A stretch of 64,000 bases of DNA, taken from assembly GCA_964016885.1 (NCBI GenBank), contig OZ024741.1:337032001-337096000 (forward strand). The letters run 5' to 3'. The DNA comes from Eledone cirrhosa (taxonomy: Eukaryota). The notes under the pieces are model-generated. The model saw only the letters and a program-made list of their open reading frames with translations. It made no database searches and was not told the origin of the DNA. The translations under genes and the position numbers were made by a program. Shown here one piece after another: positions 57,640 to 64,000 of the stretch (its first letter is position 1; every line of letters begins with the position of its first letter).

Positions 57640-57790
57640 TACATATATATATACATATATACATATACATATATACATATATACATATATATATATACAT
57701 ATATATATACACATATATGTATATAAACATATATATATATATATATAAACATATATTTAATGGCCGCTTATCCTGCTATATATATGTGTG

Positions 57791-57827
<37 letters not shown>

Positions 57828-57916
57828 CGGTTGATGGCAACTTCTCTTTCCATATTTAAGGGTCTTCCCCCTATTTCATATAGCATCTCCACACATGAGC
57901 ATACAGCTCTTTATAT

Positions 57917-57948
<32 letters not shown>

Positions 57949-59207
57949 TACACGCAAAATTATATGTAAAGTTCGAACTTTCAAAGCACTGAGAGATTAT
58001 GAGGCTCATAGAGAATGTAGGGAACTCAGACACTGAAAATAACTGTAAACACAGTTATTATAAATAGCTTAGAAAATCGGGTAATGTCTCATTTTTTTCT
58101 CTCTATAAGTGAATGTAAAATTATGCTGATATCTTCATAGGTATGGCTATACTTTGAAGAAGCTTTCTTTACAAACATTTTGTTTTGAGTTTAGTCTCAC
58201 TGCATGGCATCTTGGGCAAACATCTACTTTATATTAGAGCAATATTTTCTGAGTGGAAAAATGGGAGACAGAATCTGTATAGAAGATTGTCAAACTAAGT
58301 ATGTTTATGTTCAAGTCTATTTTTATGTTTCTTTTTTGCACTGGTTTTAAATTCAATACTGTTTATGTTATGTCCCGTTACGTGCCATAACTTAGTAGTT
58401 TGACACATGGAGATTGTTAAAATATGTAACAGACTAAAGAAAGTACTAAAGTCAAAATGACTAATTAACAAATCTAATACCAAATCTGAAACCACACCCA
58501 GTTCCATTATATGAAACTGTTTGTTTGAAAGGGTAAAATTTTATTTAAAAACACATACATCATAATTAATTTCATGTAAGAAATGTTAAGCTATTTTCCA
58601 AACATCGGTTTAATAATGAGAAATTCAGTTGTATTACTCAAACCTCTCCAAATTCTTATTTTCAAAATGGTTTGGAAATTATAGACAATGTCTTTCATTA
58701 GAAATATGCTAATGAAAGGTTTAAACCATTGAAGACCATATCGAAGTATGGCTGCAGTTCACCCCAATGATTGAAACATATACAAAAGCATTACATATAC
58801 ATATATATATATGTGTGTGAGTGTGTGTATGTGTGTGTGCATACATATACAAACACACACATAGACATAAATATGATATGCATATGAGTATGTATGAAAA
58901 ACATAAAATGATGATGTATATATATATATATATATAAGGCAAGCTACACTACACAAAATACATATATATATACCCCTGTGTGTGTTGGTGTGTGTGTGTC
59001 TGTGTGTGCATGAGTGTGTGTTGGTGTGTGTGTCTGTGTGTGCATGAGTGTGTGTTTGTGTATATGTGAGTATGAATATATACAAACCAATGAATCAATC
59101 AACCATGACCGTTACCCATCATCATAAAATCTTTCCCTTTATCTCCCTAGAACTTTCATCTTTGTGCATCTGAACTCAAGTAAGAGGTTTAGTTATTTTC
59201 TGGGATA

Positions 59208-59417
59208 TACCATATATACTCGAATATAAGCTGATCCAAATACAACCTGACTCTTTTATTTTATATCTGAGAAATGGGCAAAAATCCAAACCTCTTGTAT
59301 TAGCCAAAGCAAATAATCAGCACATTGTTTAGATGGTGTATATAAGCTGACCACCCCAATTTCACCATCGATATTTTTGTGACATATTACTCAGCTTATT
59401 TACGAGTATGTATGGTA
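59208..59417. mobile_element. Tc1/mariner-pogo-type MITE
   Basis: TA-CCATATATACTCGAATATAAGCTGA...TCAGCTTATTTACGAGTATGTATGG-TA; decayed relative near 22580-22760. Confidence 0.7.
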
Positions 59418-59904
59418 TATAGATGTTTCTGTACCTATTTGTTGGTTGACCTGTGACCCTGGATCTTTGTTGCATAGCTTCACTGACTGAAGGGGCTACA
59501 ATTGGATTTCAGTTTAATTCCACTTATCCAACAAAAATGGCTACTAAAATCATCAGTTTTAGAAGTCCTCTAAGGAGGTTGTACATATATATGTACATCG
59601 TGGTCAAGGTGATGAATTAGCAAAGTTATGAAGAACATTACATCTAAAGCTTGACAACATTTGTGTCAGATGTCAGCTGATGAGTTCAAATCCCATCAAG
59701 GTCCACTTGGCTTTGCATTTTTTTGTGGTCGATAAAAAAAATACCAGCCCAGTATTGGGGCCAATTCTTCCTCTATATCTGTTTCTCACTTTCTCGCTCT
59801 CTCTCTCACCATCTCTCTATCAATCTATATGTTTCTCTCATCATGATCACATGCTCTATGTTTTCTCCTCTCTCTTTACTCACCTATCTCTTCTACTAAA
59901 ACAA

Positions 59905-59958
<54 letters not shown>

Positions 59959-60338
59959 TCTCTCTCTTAATCTGTTTCTCTTTCCTTCCTCTCTCCCTTG
60001 CGCTTTCTTTCCTTCTTTGTCCCTCCTTCCTTCTTTCTCTCTGGAAGAAATCAGTTGTGTTCTGACCTGGAGAGGGACAGGCTCTGTCAGGTTTAAATGC
60101 CCCAGTTAAGTTGCATATCTCCAGAATGCCCCTATGACTACATAGAAAGTTAAGAGCCCAAGACAAATGAATGTGGCTTTCTGCCTTCCATTATATTCTC
60201 TAGAAACAATTATATTCTCTTCTAGTCTAACTGAGACATGTCAACTCATTCAAAATCTGAAACAGACTGCCAAAGAAACAATTCTACCTAAATTACATCA
60301 TAGTTAGTGTAATGAATATCTATATCTATCTATCTGTT

Positions 60339-60426
<88 letters not shown>

Positions 60427-60459
60427 AATATATATATGTATGTATATATATATATATAT

Positions 60460-61989
60460 CATCATCATCATCATTATCATTTTACGTCCACTTTTCCCTG
60501 CTTGCAAGGGTGGGACGGGTCTTATTCAGCACATCATCTCTCCACTCGTCACGGTCCTTTGTCATCTCCACCGTGAGCTTCAATGATCTGAGGTCTGTTC
60601 TCACCACCTCCGCCCATGTTTTTCGTGGTCTACCTCTACCATGTCTTCCTTCAACTGGCACTTCCTGGCACTCCTTCACCCATCGGTCATCCTCCATGTG
60701 CATCACATGTCCATACCACCTCAGTCTCCTCTCCCGTACACTAATTCTATCCCTCTCAGACACAGTTTCTCTCTCAACACATTTATGCTGGGTCGTACAC
60801 GCACATTTACACTGCACATCCAACGGAGCATGCTTGCCTCATTTCTCTCCAGCCGTTGCATATCCTCTGCAGTTGCTGCCCATGTCTCACTACCATGCAG
60901 CATCGCGCTCCTCACACAGGCATCATACAACCGGCCTTTCGTACGCAGGGAGAAACCCTTCTTCATCAACAGAGGAAACAGCTCTCTAAACTTCTTCCAA
61001 CCCATCCTTATTCTAGATACTATGACCTCGGAACACCCTCCACCCATGCTAATCTGATCTCCTAGGTACCGGAAGCTATCCACCACTTCTATAGCGCCCT
61101 CCTGCATCTGAAAAATGTGTCTAATAATGTGACTTCTACTGTCTAATTTCCCTGTACATCTACTGCATACATATTTCTCCCTACCTGTTAGTTTGCCTGC
61201 TATCCCGCTACATCTCTTGTGTACCCAGGATCTGCATTGTGTGCATTTCATAGAATTTATGCCAGTTCCTTTTCTGCATATCGAACATGGCCATTTCCCT
61301 GATGGAATCAGGGTTTTGTCCTCTTTTCTACTCATCAACACTTTTGTCATAGCTAGGTTCATTCTCAGTCCTCTTGCTTCCAACTGCTGTTTCCATAGCC
61401 AGAATTTATTCTCTAGCTCCTCTACTGATTCTGCTATAAGAACCAGATCGTCAGCATAGAGAAGTTCCCATGGGCAGCCAGTCTTAAACTCCTCTGTTAT
61501 GGCTTGGAGGACTATAATGAACAAGAGCGGGCTGAGGACTGAACCTTGATGTACTCCTACTTGTATCTGGAATTCCTCACTAAACTCCATTCCTACCCTG
61601 ACTTTACTGAGAGCACCTCTGTACAAAGTTTGCACTGTCCTCACAAGCCATTCCTCAACACCTAGCTTCCTTAGGGACCACCAGATGACAGATTGGGGTA
61701 CCCTATCAAAGGCCTTCTCTAGGTCAACAAAGGCTAAGTATAGTGGCTTATTTTTCTCTAAGAACCTCTCTTACAATTGTCTCACCATGAAGAGGGCATC
61801 TGTTGTACTCTTCCCAAGCACAAAACCAAACTGCATCTCATCTAGTTTGACCCTTTCTCTAATTAGTTGTGCTAATATCCTTTCTGCCACTTTCATAACC
61901 TGATCCATCAGTTTTATACCCCTATAATTGCTCCTCTCCAGAGCATCCCCTTTACCTTTGTAGCAATTTATGAGAATACTGCTGCACCA
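60460..61989 (-). mobile_element. RTE family 2 LINE, 5'-truncated and frameshifted
   Basis: YRGIKL, QFGF, GVHQGSVLSP, YADD, PHD-type finger and GRPRKTW across three frames; (GAT)n tail; 5' end abuts (TA)n. Confidence 0.95.
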
Positions 61990-62769
61990 TATATATATGT
62001 ATTTATATATATGTATATATATACACATACACACATATATATAAAGCCCCCCCCCCCCCCCCACTTCATTCACGAATGACCATAGGAATTGCACCTAGAA
62101 AGTCCTCTCCTCTCCAAGGCACAAGTCTGGGCAAGGCTGTTTATGGAAAACCACCAGTCATCCATACATCCCAGTCTCCATTCTCCACACCACCAGTGTT
62201 ATCCAGTTCCATGCTAATGGCATCACAACTAATTTACAGAGCTGAGTAAATTGGAGAAAATATATAAATATTTCTGCTGGTATGATGTGTTTCCCATAAA
62301 ACGTTTTATCAGGCATACATCATACCATCAGGAATATTTGTTTTTCTGTTGCATTAGCTGGGAATTTTATGTGGTCCTCTTAATTAAATCATGCAAAACC
62401 ACAGCTTGTCTGTGAGCTGAAGAGGTTAACAGATGTCTGTGTGATCTTATCTTGTTCGTTTTCTTCCTTTATTTCTTTCTTCTTATCACTTCTGTGGGTC
62501 AACACACTTCTAGCCACTGATTTCTGTCCTTTGTGGTAATTTTTACCCGACGTAGTCATTGATGGCATTTTGCTGTTTTAACAGTTATTTTTGCATTATG
62601 TTTTTCTTATTATTCTACGAAATATATAAATATGTATAAATAATCCAACAAATGTCAGCATGGAAAATGGATGTAAAACAATGATGATGTATAATATTGG
62701 GAATTGGAGGAGTAGCATCAAAACCCACTCAGGATATATCACACATTCAACAAATGATTACACAATAGC

Positions 62770-62825
62770 TGTCTGATGAGGTTGTATATATACATAATAG
62801 ATACCACTGAAATATATATATAACA
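62770..62825 (+). ncRNA. Hammerhead ribozyme, partly decayed stem I
   Basis: TGT-CTGATGA(62773-62779)-GGT.GTAT../..ATAC.ACT-GAAAT-(AT)n-ATA-ACA; AATAAA ~15 nt downstream. Confidence 0.55.
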
Positions 62826-63099
62826 ATAACTACGTAATCAATAAAATAATGTAAGATTCAAATACACTGATTTCTTCTTAATTATTATATATATGTATAT
62901 ATAGTCCAACATATGGCAACATGGAAATTGGATATAAAACAATGATATATATATTTATACATGTTCATGGTTGTAAAAGTACTCAATACTAGAAGTAGAA
63001 TATATTTGTTCTTGTACAGCTCCCAGTAGAAAAGACTGACTATAAAAACAAGTGAACCTGCATTTCAGACAGCTTAGTTATGATTGACCAAATGAAATC

Positions 63100-63137
<38 letters not shown>

Positions 63138-64000
63138 ATGTGTATGCATGCATGTGGATACATACATATATATATATATACACATACATATATTTATATC
63201 TATTTATGTGGATATCTATCTATCTATTTATATATAAAGAAATATATATATGTGTGTGTGTATGTGTAAATATACATATTCACACATACAGATACAAGGG
63301 CATATATGTGTGTAAGTGGGGGTATGTGAATATGTTCAAAAACCAAAGATAAACAAAATAAAATAAAATTCAAAATAATTCAGAATTGAATTGAAAATTT
63401 GTGAACATCAAATCAGTTGCTTGCTATATTTCTATAATGTTTCTATTATATTTCTCTTATATTATATTACATATATATATTATTATATTACATATATATA
63501 TTATTATATTACATATATATATTTACATATATATATATAATATTTATATTATTTTTCTATTATTTTTCTGTTATTTATCTATCAAAAATTTTTTTCCATA
63601 GTGATTTCTTCATAACTATTATTTTGCTTTTTATCATTTTTATCTATTCATTTTATTTTTTGTTTCTACTGTTGTTCTGTTGTTGCAAGAGTGAAATTTT
63701 AAGTGAGGCATTACAGATGTTATTTAGCATCCAGTTCTACCTTTTATTGTTTACGCACTAGAGAACATTCCATAGAATGGTAAAATTGTAAAAAGGAAAA
63801 ACAATATATTTTCTGGTTTTAATTGCTATAAAGCTGAAAGAAATGAGAGAAATAGCAAGAGAAAAAACAAATAGATATTATCTTTCCATATATTTTTTTT
63901 AATTCACAACTCAATGTATAGATAATTATATTTAAAGTTTTAAGAATATTAACTCAATAAAAAAATGTGTATGGAGTTTGAATTTCAGTGAAAAATAGCA

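Overview
AT-rich, microsatellite-dense animal DNA, most consistent with an octopod cephalopod (octopus-type protocadherin, tRNA-derived SINEs, RTE LINEs). The only clear host gene is one large protocadherin coding exon (54236-56647: signal peptide, six cadherin repeats, TM, then a GT donor). The rest is repeats: two RTE families with a PHD-type finger, an R4/Dong-type element in (TAA)n, SINEs, TTAA- and TA-flanked MITEs, and a 200-N gap. Almost all short ORFs are microsatellite artefacts. The main unexplained structure is a set of short non-coding fold-back elements embedded in (TA)n. They carry minimal type I hammerhead ribozymes: near-complete at 13-57, 6044-6109, 8323-8388, 8460-8525, 27888-27951 and 47820-47858, plus relics. 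Most have a 'tailed arm + tail-less inverted arm' geometry, and three otherwise dissimilar families share a tail motif (consensus TRTTGAGTRCT). This resembles inverted pLTRs of Penelope-like elements, but no Penelope ORF is visible. All alignments and folds were done by eye.
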